A stretch of DNA of 39,460 nt, taken from the IMG/VR virus record IMGVR_UViG_3300009694_000006, positions 1 through 39,460 of that record; one strand, 5' to 3'. Both the position numbers and the translations under genes were made by a program. Numbering within the stretch: the first letter of the stretch is position 1; each line of letters opens with the position of its first letter. This stretch comes from a virus. Below the pieces are notes generated by a model. The model searched no databases. It saw only the letters and a program-made list of their open reading frames with translations, and had not been told where the DNA came from. Shown piece by piece: positions 1-9,470 of this stretch.

Positions 1-123
1 TGAAGTCAAAGCAGTAACAACTATAGCTACAAAAACAAAAGGAGGAGCATCTGTTAATATCTTAACTCCAACCAATAAAACAGCATTACTTGGAGCTGGT
101 TTAACTTTAGACGAAATCAATCA
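1..123. repeat. Terminal direct repeat, left copy. Identical to 39338-39460. Indicates a circular or permuted genome closure.
   Basis: Base-by-base comparison: tgaagtcaaagcagtaacaac...gacgaaatcaatca occurs at both window ends. The repeat lies inside a coding frame. Confidence 0.95.
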
Positions 124-448
124 AATTCAAAATGATGTTGCTAATTATGGACTAGAAGAAGCATTAAAAGGGATAGAAGATAAAAATGTTATTCAAACTC
201 TTAGAGAAATTTATGGAACAGAAGCTGAAACACCTGAAGATAATGAAACATATTTAAGAGAAAATTTAACAACAAAAGAGCTTAAGAAACTTGCTGATTG
301 GGCTAAAGTATCAAAATGGTGGAGAGGTCGTGCAAAAGATATTAAACAATTCTTCAGTATAGCAAATGCAGATACATTAAGCCAGATTAAATCAGCAGTA
401 GAACAAGGATATACAATTGATGAGATAATTGAATTCTTAGAACAATAG
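2..448 (+). CDS. C-terminal part of the wrap-around virion protein that starts at 38199 (528 aa in total).
   Basis: The frame stays open from the window start to TAG at 446-448. It is in phase with the 38199 ORF once position 39338 is equated with position 1. The next gene starts at 451. Confidence 0.8.
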   Translation, partial: EVKAVTTIATKTKGGASVNILTPTNKTALLGAGLTLDEINQIQNDVANYGLEEALKGIEDKNVIQTLREIYGTEAETPEDNETYLRENLTTKELKKLADWAKVSKWWRGRAKDIKQFFSIANADTLSQIKSAVEQGYTIDEIIEFLEQ

Positions 449-450
449 TT

Positions 451-3400
451 ATGTATACACCAGTAGAACAAAGAAAAAAAATAGTTAAGCAAAAATCTTT
501 TTCTAAATCTGAAAAAAAACAAATTACTATTGAAACAGTTAAAGGTGTTTTAGGTTGGACTAAACCAGAAGATAATCCTTATTTGAAAGTTGCTAAAGAT
601 ATTGCTCAAGGAATTGCTAGAACTGTTGCGTCTGTTGGTATTTCAGCAGGTAATATTCCTAGTAAAATTAAAAGTCAAAGACCGACATTTAAAGAAGAAA
701 TTCCTACACAAGAGACAAAATTAGGTAGAGCAATCTTTGGAGAAACTCCAGTAAGAACAGTCGAAGAAAGAGTTAGACGAACTAAAGAACAAATTAAACC
801 TTATATTGGAGAAAAAATTTCTCAGAAAGTTGCTTTTCCTTTAGTAGGATTAGGCATTGCTATGGATTTAAGTGGGTTCGGAGGAGGAAAGGTTGTTAAA
901 AAAATGACAGAAATACCTGAACAATTTTGGAAAGTAATCGGAAAAGAAAAGAATGCTACTAAAATTGAAGGAATTCTTACAAGTATTGGATTAGATAAAA
1001 AGAATGCTAGATCTTTATCTGAGACTTTTGCTCCATTATCTAAAACAGAAGATCTTAAAAATGCTCTTGTATCTTATAAACCTGTATCTGAAAGAATTCC
1101 ACTTAGTGAGATTATTAAGAAAGAACCAGTTTATTATCATGGAACTAACAATGGTAAAGAAATTGTAAAACAAGGATTTAATCTTTCAAAACTAGGTGAT
1201 AACAGCGGTTATAAGGGAATAATGGGTAATGGTATATATCTTGATATGACACCTAATGCGGAAGGAGCTAAATTATATGGAAAAGATATTCTTGAGGTAA
1301 AACCAAAATCTGGATTAAAATTATTTGAATGGTCGGGAAAAGTATCTGATTTATATCATGAAAAAACTGGATATGGAACTCCTGAAAAAATTACTGAATA
1401 TTTACAATCTCAAGGATATGATGGTGTTAAACTTAATAATCAACAAATGGTTATTTTTAATCCAAAAAATATTGAAAAAGTAAAAATTTCTGGTCAAGGA
1501 ACAGGTGAATTATCTCAGATAAAAGAATCAGAAATTAAACCAGTAAAAAAAGAACCACTTCAGAATGAAACTATTAAATGGATAGATAATTGGGTTTCAG
1601 GGAGTAATAAAAAACCATCTTTGAAAGTTGAACAACAATTATCAAAGTATAAAGGAAATAAACCTGTTACATTATACAGAGCTGTTATTAAAGGAAAAGA
1701 AAAAACTAATGAAATTGAATCTTGGTCTTATTCGAAAGATGGAGCTGAATTTCATGCAGATGTTGGTTTCCCTGAAAATGCTGAATATACCATTATAGAA
1801 AAACAATTTAATCCTGAAGATATTATATTTGATAGTAGACATCTTTCTGAAGATGAACTAAGTTCTTTTTCAGAAAATGCTCTTAGATACTTAGAAACTG
1901 AAAATGAGGTTATTGTTAGAAATAATAAAATTAAAATTCCTAAAACAGGAAATGAAGTAAAAGAAAGTCCAATAGATATTAAATTTCAATCTAAGATTAA
2001 AAATAAAGAATATCTTAAGAAAAATTTCGAAGATGAAGACTTAAAAATAGAAGATTCTGGAAAAAAATATGTGTATCATGCAACTAATAGTAAAAATATT
2101 GAAGAAATTAAACAAGAAAAATTCTATAGAGCACAACCAAAAGGAGAGGGCTTAATAAAAAGAGGAGGAGGAAGTATGTATGGGAATGCTCCTCATTTCA
2201 GTGAAAATCTTGTAACTGCAAAAATGTATGGTGATAATATAATTGAATTTGGAATTAAAGATGGTTCAAATATAAAAAGATTCAAAGGAACATATGATTT
2301 GAATAAAGAAGTAGGAGAATGGGCTGAAAAAACAAAAGGAGCATTTTATAAAAATAATACTGAAGGAAATCAATTAATAGATGATTGGGCTAAGGCAAAC
2401 AAGGTTGATATATTATTTGTTGGACAAGATGGTAGTATTTTTAATCAAAATGCAATTAAAAGATTTGATGATAATAAATCTCTTTTCCCTACAGTTATTC
2501 AAGGTGAAACATTTACAATGGGTCCTTCGACAACAACTTCTCCTACATTAAAAGGGTTGAAAACTGAACTTAAAGCAACTCAAAAAGAAATTAAAAATGC
2601 ACAGATTGCTGCTGAGAAAGCTGCTAAATTAGATGCTAAAGAACAAAAAGTAAGAACAGATGCTTTATCAAAACTTAATAGATATCGAGGTTCTACTGAT
2701 ACAATTGAAGGAGAATTGAAAAATAAAAATCTATCTCAAGAGGATATTGAAAATATAGTTCTTGAAGATGGAACTAAACTACTTGATGCTGCAAAAATAA
2801 AACGTAATAATGATGGTTCTCTTTCAACTGTTATAACTAAAAAAGAACTTGAAGATATCAAAGCTAGTTATACTGATGAAGTGCCGAAACAAAAATGGGA
2901 AAAGAAATCTATACTTGTAAATGCAAAAGAAATTCCTATTAATCTTTTAAAATCAATTGAACTACCTTATTCTTATTTTGAAAGAAAAGGATTATCTTCT
3001 ATCTATGATCAAGTAATTGAATCACAAAGAGATGCTGAATTAATGAAAAGTAGATTAATTGAAAAATTCAAAGATGCTGGTTTATATAAAGAGGGAGGTT
3101 GGTTTACTGCAAATCGTTTTAACTTATCTAAGAATGAAGCTGAAGGAGTATCTGAATATTATCTTGGACATCAAGGACACGGAAAGGAAATTCCTATTAC
3201 AGATTTATCTTCTAATGGACAGAAGTTTGTTAAAGTATTTGATGAAATAATTAATGAAACAACTAAACCATTTTATGAAGTAGCTAGAAGAATGGGAAAG
3301 AATCCTGGAGTTGTTGAAAATTATGCACCAATAATGACAAGAGACGATATAAAACTTGTTGATCAAGGTGGTGGTCAAGATTGGTTATTTAGAAAACATC

Positions 3401-4920
3401 CAGCATTCTTTTCACTTAAAGAAAGAGTTAAAAGAGTACCTAAAGAAATATACGAAACAGATTATAGAAAAGTTGCAAGTCGCTGGTTAGATGGAATAAC
3501 ACAATTTATAACAATGGGTGATACTACTAACCATCTTAAGTATTTAATTAATAGTGATGAATTTAAAAGTTTAATTAAAGAACAAGATTATTCAATTGTT
3601 TCTAATTGGCTTAAAGATATCACAACTCCTCAGATATCAGGTTCATTAGCAGGACAAGCGACAAATGATTTATCTAGATTAATGAGAAAAGGAGTTGCTC
3701 TTGGGTCTCTTGGATTAAACTATGCTACAGTTCTCAAACAGGCATTAACTCAAATACCAATAACTATTATTGAAAAAGCACCTCCTAAATTTAAAAGTAA
3801 ATATGCTGAAGCTTTTGGAATTAATGTTAAAGATTTACCTTCTATTTCTAAGAGAAAAGGAGATATTGCTATATCAGATTTACAAGGTAAAATAGGAAGT
3901 ATTTTTACAGGAGCTATTACACAGTTTGATAAGAAGAATGCTCAATTAGCTATGAATGCTTTACTTGATAAAGAGTATCGTAAATTTTTAAAACAAGGAG
4001 ATGAAATAACTCCAGAAGTAAGAAAAGTAATTGAAAAGACAGCTCAAGATAAAATAGATATGTGGTTTGGAGGTTTCTTTAAAGGACAAAGACCTGAAGC
4101 TTATAGACAAGAATTAGGAAACTTTATTTTAATGTTTACTTATCCTTTGACTTCTCAAGCTAATGGATTTTTCAGACATATGTTAAAAGCTAAAGGTTTT
4201 GTTGGAAACATTAAAGCTGTTGCCGAAGTTCTTGGAGCTGTTGTAGGAATTGCTTATATGGAAAAAGTTATAGAAAATCTAAGTCCTCAATGGAGTGATG
4301 AAAAAGAAATGACAAAAGATATTCTTGTATCTGCAACAGGAAATATTCCAATGGCTGGACAGATTGCTTATGCTATAGAATCAGGACAAGATATGAACGT
4401 ATCTCCTGTTGTAGGAAATATAAATAATATAGTTAGAAATATAAGTAAAGGCGAAGGAGAAAAAGTAGCTTGGAATATTGCTGAAACTATTGGATTACCA
4501 AAACAGATTAGACGAATTAGAGAAGGTCTTGAAATAATGGAAGAAGGCGGCGTTACAGATAGTAACGGAAAAATGATGGCTCCTGTTCAAGATACTATGG
4601 AATATATTCGCGCATTCTTAAGAGGAAAATATGGACCTTTAGCTTCCCAAGATTATATTAGAAATATGGGAGCTGATGCTGAAGATAGAAGATGGTTTTA
4701 TCCTGAAGTTGAATTTTTACAAAATGCTGGAAGTTCAAAACATCCTAAAGATGGAAGTTATAAGAGAAGAGCAGAAATTTATAAAACTTGGGATAAACAA
4801 AAACAAATTGAAATGAGAAATTTTTTAAGTGAAAATCAACAAAAAAAATTAGATAAAGCTCTTCAAGGAAAGTCGACATCTAGTAAGGGCACAAAAGCAT
4901 TATCAGATATTTTTAAATAA
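451..4920 (+). CDS. Giant polyvalent virion/ejection protein (1489 aa), a T7 gp16-like position. The N-terminal third has three ADP-ribosyltransferase-like modules. The C-terminal part is a large hydrophobic/Gly-rich body.
   Basis: PARP-like motifs YYHGT...GIMGNGIYLD...AKLYG (H230). An R-S-E-like set TLYRAV (R410), SWSYS and ETENEVIV (E484, E486). A second H-Y module YVYHAT (H543)...SMYGNAPHF. Sits just before the lysis genes and after other large structural genes. Confidence 0.6.
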   Translation: MYTPVEQRKKIVKQKSFSKSEKKQITIETVKGVLGWTKPEDNPYLKVAKDIAQGIARTVASVGISAGNIPSKIKSQRPTFKEEIPTQETKLGRAIFGETPVRTVEERVRRTKEQIKPYIGEKISQKVAFPLVGLGIAMDLSGFGGGKVVKKMTEIPEQFWKVIGKEKNATKIEGILTSIGLDKKNARSLSETFAPLSKTEDLKNALVSYKPVSERIPLSEIIKKEPVYYHGTNNGKEIVKQGFNLSKLGDNSGYKGIMGNGIYLDMTPNAEGAKLYGKDILEVKPKSGLKLFEWSGKVSDLYHEKTGYGTPEKITEYLQSQGYDGVKLNNQQMVIFNPKNIEKVKISGQGTGELSQIKESEIKPVKKEPLQNETIKWIDNWVSGSNKKPSLKVEQQLSKYKGNKPVTLYRAVIKGKEKTNEIESWSYSKDGAEFHADVGFPENAEYTIIEKQFNPEDIIFDSRHLSEDELSSFSENALRYLETENEVIVRNNKIKIPKTGNEVKESPIDIKFQSKIKNKEYLKKNFEDEDLKIEDSGKKYVYHATNSKNIEEIKQEKFYRAQPKGEGLIKRGGGSMYGNAPHFSENLVTAKMYGDNIIEFGIKDGSNIKRFKGTYDLNKEVGEWAEKTKGAFYKNNTEGNQLIDDWAKANKVDILFVGQDGSIFNQNAIKRFDDNKSLFPTVIQGETFTMGPSTTTSPTLKGLKTELKATQKEIKNAQIAAEKAAKLDAKEQKVRTDALSKLNRYRGSTDTIEGELKNKNLSQEDIENIVLEDGTKLLDAAKIKRNNDGSLSTVITKKELEDIKASYTDEVPKQKWEKKSILVNAKEIPINLLKSIELPYSYFERKGLSSIYDQVIESQRDAELMKSRLIEKFKDAGLYKEGGWFTANRFNLSKNEAEGVSEYYLGHQGHGKEIPITDLSSNGQKFVKVFDEIINETTKPFYEVARRMGKNPGVVENYAPIMTRDDIKLVDQGGGQDWLFRKHPAFFSLKERVKRVPKEIYETDYRKVASRWLDGITQFITMGDTTNHLKYLINSDEFKSLIKEQDYSIVSNWLKDITTPQISGSLAGQATNDLSRLMRKGVALGSLGLNYATVLKQALTQIPITIIEKAPPKFKSKYAEAFGINVKDLPSISKRKGDIAISDLQGKIGSIFTGAITQFDKKNAQLAMNALLDKEYRKFLKQGDEITPEVRKVIEKTAQDKIDMWFGGFFKGQRPEAYRQELGNFILMFTYPLTSQANGFFRHMLKAKGFVGNIKAVAEVLGAVVGIAYMEKVIENLSPQWSDEKEMTKDILVSATGNIPMAGQIAYAIESGQDMNVSPVVGNINNIVRNISKGEGEKVAWNIAETIGLPKQIRRIREGLEIMEEGGVTDSNGKMMAPVQDTMEYIRAFLRGKYGPLASQDYIRNMGADAEDRRWFYPEVEFLQNAGSSKHPKDGSYKRRAEIYKTWDKQKQIEMRNFLSENQQKKLDKALQGKSTSSKGTKALSDIFK

Positions 4921-4922
4921 CT

Positions 4923-5885
4923 ATGCAAAATAATTACGAGGGTTGTAGAGATACACAAACAGAAGAACAGAAATCATTAAACTATAAACTTATTGAAGTG
5001 TGCTCGGCTCCTCAACCAGTTAGTTGGATTGAAAAAACTAATTATAAAAGTTATCCTATTCGTGATCAAGATGGATCATGTCAATGTGTTACAATGACAT
5101 TAGCTACTGAAATGGGGATTATTGCTGAACAGAAGTATGGAACTTTTATAGATTTTTCATCTTGTTTTCCTTACCAGCAACGAAAATATACTAGTTTTAA
5201 AGGTTGCACTTCAGAAGACTTATTCGAAGTATTTCCAAAGATAGGAAATATTCTAGAAATATTAATGCCAAGTCAGAAAATTGGAGAAAATGCTTGTATG
5301 GCAGTTCCTAAACTTAGTTACTATGATGATTTAGCAAAAGTATTTAAAATCAAAAGAATTGCATTACCACTTGATTTTGAAACAGTTGCATCAACAGTTC
5401 AAGCAACAGGAAAAGGTGTTTCAGTTTGGTTTAAGTTTGACCATACAGAATGGACTAATAAACCTCAAGTTTTAGTCTCGAACCCAACAGGAGGACATTC
5501 AGTTACTGTTGTTGATTTTGCTCTTATTAATGGTAAGAAATATCTAGTTATTCAAGATAGCTGGGGAATAAGTTTTGCAGTTCGAGGATTGAGATTTATT
5601 TCAGAAGAATACTTTAAAGCAAGATGTTATCAAGCATCATATTTACTTTCATTTTCAATGCAAACAGAACAAGGAGTAAGACCTACCTATATTAGTAGAT
5701 CAGTTAGTTCAGCAAAAGATTGTTTCAAATGGGAAGGATTATTCCCTACGAATATCGAATCAAATAATGTAGCTGATAACATTTACAAAACAGCTGTAAA
5801 AAGTTTTCAGAAACGATTTGGTTTGACTAGTGATGGGATTGTCGGACCTATTACTCGTCAAAAATTATTAGAATTATATAAATAA
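4923..5885 (+). CDS. Endolysin: papain-fold cysteine peptidase with a C-terminal peptidoglycan-binding domain.
   Basis: Cys motif DGSCQCVTM. His/Asp motifs GGHSVTVVDF and IQDSWG (papain-like NSWG). C-terminal PG_binding_1 signature FQKRFGLTSDGIVGPITRQKL. A holin-like gene follows. Confidence 0.75.
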   Translation: MQNNYEGCRDTQTEEQKSLNYKLIEVCSAPQPVSWIEKTNYKSYPIRDQDGSCQCVTMTLATEMGIIAEQKYGTFIDFSSCFPYQQRKYTSFKGCTSEDLFEVFPKIGNILEILMPSQKIGENACMAVPKLSYYDDLAKVFKIKRIALPLDFETVASTVQATGKGVSVWFKFDHTEWTNKPQVLVSNPTGGHSVTVVDFALINGKKYLVIQDSWGISFAVRGLRFISEEYFKARCYQASYLLSFSMQTEQGVRPTYISRSVSSAKDCFKWEGLFPTNIESNNVADNIYKTAVKSFQKRFGLTSDGIVGPITRQKLLELYK

Positions 5886-5889
5886 AATT

Positions 5890-6135
5890 ATGAGTGATTT
5901 ATTTAAGTTAAATTGGAAAGATTTATTTAACGGAGCAATAATGGCAGTTATTGGAGATGTTGTTCTTTATTTACTTGTTATATTTAAAGAATTATATCAA
6001 TTAGTTATGCAAAATCAACCTTTTCAAATTGAATTGGATTGGCGAGCTATTTTTATAGTAGCAGTATTTTCCTTCTTATCTTATCTAGCAAAAAGATTTT
6101 TCAGCGGAACAACAGGAAGTGTTCTTGTTAAATAA
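5890..6135 (+). CDS. Holin-like small membrane protein (81 aa, two TM segments).
   Basis: Hydrophobic segments GAIMAVIGDVVLYLLVIF and AIFIVAVFSFLSYLA. Lies directly after the endolysin and is followed by a terminator. Confidence 0.6.
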   Translation: MSDLFKLNWKDLFNGAIMAVIGDVVLYLLVIFKELYQLVMQNQPFQIELDWRAIFIVAVFSFLSYLAKRFFSGTTGSVLVK

Positions 6136-6150
6136 TTTAATAGTAAAAAG

Positions 6151-6176
6151 TAACCTTAGAAATAAGGTTATTTTTT
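6151..6176 (+). terminator. Intrinsic terminator ending the late/lysis operon.
   Basis: Stem TAACCTTA, loop GAAA, stem TAAGGTTA, then TTTTTT. Confidence 0.8.
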
Positions 6177-6220
6177 ATTGTATGGTTTAATAATTTAGTT
6201 GTTTTATTGTCTAATATTAA

Positions 6221-6266
6221 TATATTAATAAAGTAGGTTGGATTATTTTTATTTTTATTATATAAT
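6221..6266 (+). promoter_or_regulatory. Early promoter family member 1: -35 TTGGAT (6238-6243), 17-nt spacer, -10 TATAAT (6261-6266).
   Basis: Shares the upstream block TATATTAATAAAGTAGG and identical spacing with the promoters at 13082 and 16484. Confidence 0.65.
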
Positions 6267-6307
6267 TATTTTAATGGTCGATATTAATCACATAAAAATT
6301 AAAAAAA

Positions 6308-6679
6308 ATGGATAATAACGAAAGAATTATAAAAGATGCTCAATTTAGAAAAGGTCTTAGTATAGCATTTTTTAATGCGACTAACTCGGCGATAACCCTT
6401 GTATCGACAGATAAAGAATACTATACAGAAAGTGAATTAAAAGAAAAAATTGTTATGTGGAGAGATTTCTTTTTGAAAGAACATGAAAATTACTATTCAA
6501 AGGTAATTTCACCTATTGGTTGTCTTTATGATAAACAAGAAACAATTAAACTTATCGAAAGTGCAACTGGTATGGAAGATTTGAAAGATATTTGGCTTTC
6601 AATTTCTCAAGATGAAAGAAATGATGCTGATATTATCAAAGTTAAAGATGAAATAAAACAGAAATATGAAAACATTTAG
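6308..6679 (+). CDS. Hypothetical early protein (123 aa).
   Basis: First ORF after early promoter 1. No motif recognised. Confidence 0.5.
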   Translation: MDNNERIIKDAQFRKGLSIAFFNATNSAITLVSTDKEYYTESELKEKIVMWRDFFLKEHENYYSKVISPIGCLYDKQETIKLIESATGMEDLKDIWLSISQDERNDADIIKVKDEIKQKYENI

Positions 6680-7241
6680 TATTGAACATCGAAAACATAT
6701 AAGTGAAAAAATGAAAGGAAATAAAAATGGTTCTTTTAGTAAAGGAATTTCTAGATTAAAACTTAAAGGAGTTTCTAGAACAGATGAAGTTAAAAGAAAA
6801 ATTAGTATTTCTCATAAAGGAAAAAAGTTTTCAAAAGAACATATTCAAAAACTTAGAGAAGCTAGATTAAAAAATCCTAATAGATATTGGTTGGGTAAAA
6901 AAAGACCAGAAATTACAGGTAAGAATAGTAAAGTTTGGGTTAATGGTGATTATAAAAAAGCAGAAAATAAAATGCAAGATTCTGCTTATATGAATTGGTC
7001 TTATTTAGTTAAAAAAAGAGATTTAGGAAAATGTAGATTATTAAATAATGAATGTAAAGGTCGTTTAGAATCACATCATATTTATAGTTGGAGAGAATAT
7101 CCTACACTAAGATATGTTTTAACAAATGGTATAACTTTATGCCAATTTCATCATCCTCGAGGATATGAACAAGAGAAACGAATGATTCCAATATTTCAGG
7201 AATTATTGTCAGTATCAAAAGAAAATATTGAAAATCTTTAA
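6666..7241 (+). CDS. Free-standing HNH homing endonuclease with NUMOD3-like repeats.
   Basis: NUMOD3-like repeats HRKHISEKMKGNKNG and KRKISISHKGKKFSKEHIQKLREA. C-terminal HNH motif ESHHIYSW...NGITLCQFHH. Overlaps both neighbouring genes. Confidence 0.7.
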   Translation: MKTFSIEHRKHISEKMKGNKNGSFSKGISRLKLKGVSRTDEVKRKISISHKGKKFSKEHIQKLREARLKNPNRYWLGKKRPEITGKNSKVWVNGDYKKAENKMQDSAYMNWSYLVKKRDLGKCRLLNNECKGRLESHHIYSWREYPTLRYVLTNGITLCQFHHPRGYEQEKRMIPIFQELLSVSKENIENL

Positions 7242-7839
7242 TGATATAATTCAAGGAACAGATGAATGGTTTCAAAAAAGAAAGGGAAAAATAACTGGAA
7301 CTGTTCTTAAAGATATAATGGGAACTCCTTATAAAAGAAGTGAAGCTATCTATGAAATGATAGGAGATATACTTGCTGAAGGAATTGAAGACCAAAGTGA
7401 AAATCCAATGGCTCGTGGTAATCGTCTTGAACCAGAAGCACGAGCAATGTTTCAATTCGAAAGAAGTAAACAGGTTAAAGAAACAGGAATTACTGAAAAA
7501 GATGGTAATCATCAAATTGCAAGTAGTCCTGATGGTTTAATTGGAGAAAATGAGGCGTTAGAAATTAAATGTATGGGTCGTAAGAATCATGTTAAGTTTT
7601 GGCTTACAAATAAAGTTCCAGATGAATATGAATGGCAAGTAATTCAATATTTTATTGTCAATCCAAAATTGGAAAAACTTTACTTCGTAGGTTATCACCC
7701 TGAAATAACAATTCATCCGATGCACATACTTGAAGTTAAAAGAGATAGTATTCAAACAAAAATACTTACTGCTGAAAAAGCTCAATTAGCATTTTTAACA
7801 GAGGTCAAAAGTATTTTATCAACAATTATAGAATTTTAA
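7228..7839 (+). CDS. YqaJ/lambda-Exo-like recombination exonuclease. Probable TTG start.
   Basis: N-terminal GTDEWFQKRKGKITGT motif and ALEIKC (PD-(D/E)xK). No in-frame ATG precedes the conserved motif. Confidence 0.8.
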   Translation: MKIFNDIIQGTDEWFQKRKGKITGTVLKDIMGTPYKRSEAIYEMIGDILAEGIEDQSENPMARGNRLEPEARAMFQFERSKQVKETGITEKDGNHQIASSPDGLIGENEALEIKCMGRKNHVKFWLTNKVPDEYEWQVIQYFIVNPKLEKLYFVGYHPEITIHPMHILEVKRDSIQTKILTAEKAQLAFLTEVKSILSTIIEF

Positions 7840-7841
7840 TT

Positions 7842-8984
7842 ATGGAAGAAAATCAATTAGCAGTAGTAGTAAAAGAACAAAATCTAGAACCTACTCAAAG
7901 TGATATGCTCTTAAAAAAATTTTCTGGTTTCTTTGAAGAAGCTAGTAAATGGGAAAAAGAAGCTATGGCAATTCAGATAACAGACGAAAGTCAAGTTGAA
8001 GAAATGTCAAAAGCTCGTGAAATAAGATTAGCTCTGAAAGATATTAGAGTTAATGCTGATAAAGTTCGTGTCGGTTTAAAGGAAGGAATTATTCGTCAAG
8101 GAAAAGCTATTGACGGAGTTGCTAATGTTATTAAAGCCCTTATTGTTCCATTAGAGGAACATCTTGAAAAACAAGAAAAGTTTATTGAAAATGCAATAAA
8201 AGAAAAAGAAGAAAAGAAACTTGCAGATAGAACAGAAAGATTGCTTCAGTATGTAGAAGATATTTCATTTTATAATCTTAAAGATATGTCAGATAATGCA
8301 TTTGAAGTTTTACTTTCAAATTCTAAAATGATATTTGATAAGAAAAAAGAAGATGAAAAAATTGCTGAAGAAAAAAGAATTGAACAACAGAAGAAAATTG
8401 ACTTATTCAATGCTAGAAAAATAATGATTGCTCCTTATAGTTTTTTCTTTGATGCTGTTGAAGAAAAGTTAACAGAAGATATGAGTGATGCTCAATTCAA
8501 ATCTTATCTTACAAAATTATCTCATGTTAAAAAAGAATATGATGATGACCAAGAAAAGATTCGTATTGAAAATGAAAAAATGTCTCAGACATTAAAACGA
8601 ATTGAAGAATTAAGAAGTTATAAATATTCTAAAATTGATTTTAATCAAGATGAAATATCTAAAATGAATACTTCTGAGTTTGATAAACTTAGATATTCTA
8701 TAATTGAATCTGATAGAAAAGAATCTGAAAGAATTAAAAAAGAGGAAAACGATAAAATTGCTAAAGAAACTCAAGAAAAGAAAGAAAAAGAAGAAAAAGA
8801 AGAAAAAGAAAGACAAGCAAAACTTGCACCTGAAAAGGATAAATTATTAGCTTATGCTGAAACAATTAGAACAATTCAAGCTCCTGCTGATTTGTCAAAA
8901 GCTGGATTAGAAATTGTTAAACAAGTTGAAGCAAAATTATTAGCAATCTCTCAAGAGATTAAAAGTAAGGTAAAAGAATTATAA
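7842..8984 (+). CDS. Coiled-coil protein (380 aa) in the position of a recombination partner. Function unknown.
   Basis: Long Lys/Glu-rich heptad-like sequence. Lies between the exonuclease and the SSB-like gene. Confidence 0.35.
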   Translation: MEENQLAVVVKEQNLEPTQSDMLLKKFSGFFEEASKWEKEAMAIQITDESQVEEMSKAREIRLALKDIRVNADKVRVGLKEGIIRQGKAIDGVANVIKALIVPLEEHLEKQEKFIENAIKEKEEKKLADRTERLLQYVEDISFYNLKDMSDNAFEVLLSNSKMIFDKKKEDEKIAEEKRIEQQKKIDLFNARKIMIAPYSFFFDAVEEKLTEDMSDAQFKSYLTKLSHVKKEYDDDQEKIRIENEKMSQTLKRIEELRSYKYSKIDFNQDEISKMNTSEFDKLRYSIIESDRKESERIKKEENDKIAKETQEKKEKEEKEEKERQAKLAPEKDKLLAYAETIRTIQAPADLSKAGLEIVKQVEAKLLAISQEIKSKVKEL

Positions 8985-8985
8985 T

Positions 8986-9465
8986 ATGAAAATAGATGTA
9001 AATATGGCGAAGTTTTTAGATAGTGCAGTTGATATTAAACATAAAGATATTGTTACTATTGAATCTGAAGGAAAATGGTATGAATCTCCAAGATTTAAAA
9101 AAGAAGATGGAACACCTACTAACGAGTTTAAGTTAAATATCAAACTTACAAATGGTGAAATTAGAAATGTAACTCTTAACTGGACAAATGTCAAAATGCT
9201 TGTTGAAGGATTAGGAGATGATACAGTTGAATGGATTGGAAAGGAGGTTCGTGCTTGGAAAACAAAAAGTGAAAGAGCAAAGATCGGTTATATTTATTTA
9301 CTAGCTCCTATGGATTGGTCTCGTGATGATACTGGTGAATGGAAAAAAGGTTCTGCTGGTAAAGCAAGTGATAATCAAGATATTTCTAAACAAGATAAAA
9401 CACCAACAGTTCAAGTTGATGAAGAAGATGGTGATATTATCAATCCTGCAGATATTCCTTTCTAA
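8986..9465 (+). CDS. Single-stranded-DNA-binding-like protein with an SSB-type acidic C-terminal tip.
   Basis: Ends ...VDEEDGDIINPADIPF; the bacterial SSB tip is DDDIPF. Sits in the recombination module. Confidence 0.55.
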   Translation: MKIDVNMAKFLDSAVDIKHKDIVTIESEGKWYESPRFKKEDGTPTNEFKLNIKLTNGEIRNVTLNWTNVKMLVEGLGDDTVEWIGKEVRAWKTKSERAKIGYIYLLAPMDWSRDDTGEWKKGSAGKASDNQDISKQDKTPTVQVDEEDGDIINPADIPF

Positions 9466-9470
9466 TCTAT

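Noticed and set aside
1-123. Interpretation of the 123-bp end repeat as a genuine T7-like direct terminal repeat.
   Set aside because: The repeat lies entirely inside an open reading frame that continues seamlessly across the junction, and there are no non-coding end sequences. An assembly overlap of a circular or permuted genome is more likely. This needs read-terminus analysis to settle.
211-522. Minus-strand 103-aa ORF in the supplied track.
   Set aside because: It lies antisense to the wrap-around gene and the start of the 1489-aa gene. The sequence is low-complexity and Phe/Ser-rich, typical of the antisense frame of AT-rich coding DNA, and no promoter or terminator context supports it.
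3059-3250. Alternative-frame + strand ORFs inside larger genes: 3059-3250, 36640-36834 and 37704-37895.
   Set aside because: They are short, sit out of frame within long conserved-looking ORFs, and have no coupling signals.
6221-6243. TAGGTTG in the conserved early-promoter block considered as a Bacteroidetes-type -7 element (TAnnTTTG).
   Set aside because: It is one T short of that consensus and no TTTG lies at the expected -33 distance. The block also sits exactly 17 nt upstream of a perfect TATAAT, which fits a sigma70-type -35 instead.
8760-8815. Purine-rich GAA/AAG repeat tract that superficially looks like a repeat array.
   Set aside because: It is in-frame low-complexity coding sequence (KEKEEKEEKE) within the coiled-coil gene. 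It has no spacer-repeat organisation, so it is not a CRISPR array.
7102-9194. Minus-strand ORFs 7102-7515, 7558-7785, 8610-8816 and 8979-9194.
   Set aside because: All are fully embedded antisense in well-supported + strand genes (HNH, YqaJ, coiled-coil protein, SSB-like). Their sequences are poly-Phe/Ile/Ser, for example MSFFFFFFFFFFLFL, the mirror image of Lys/Glu-rich coding sequence.
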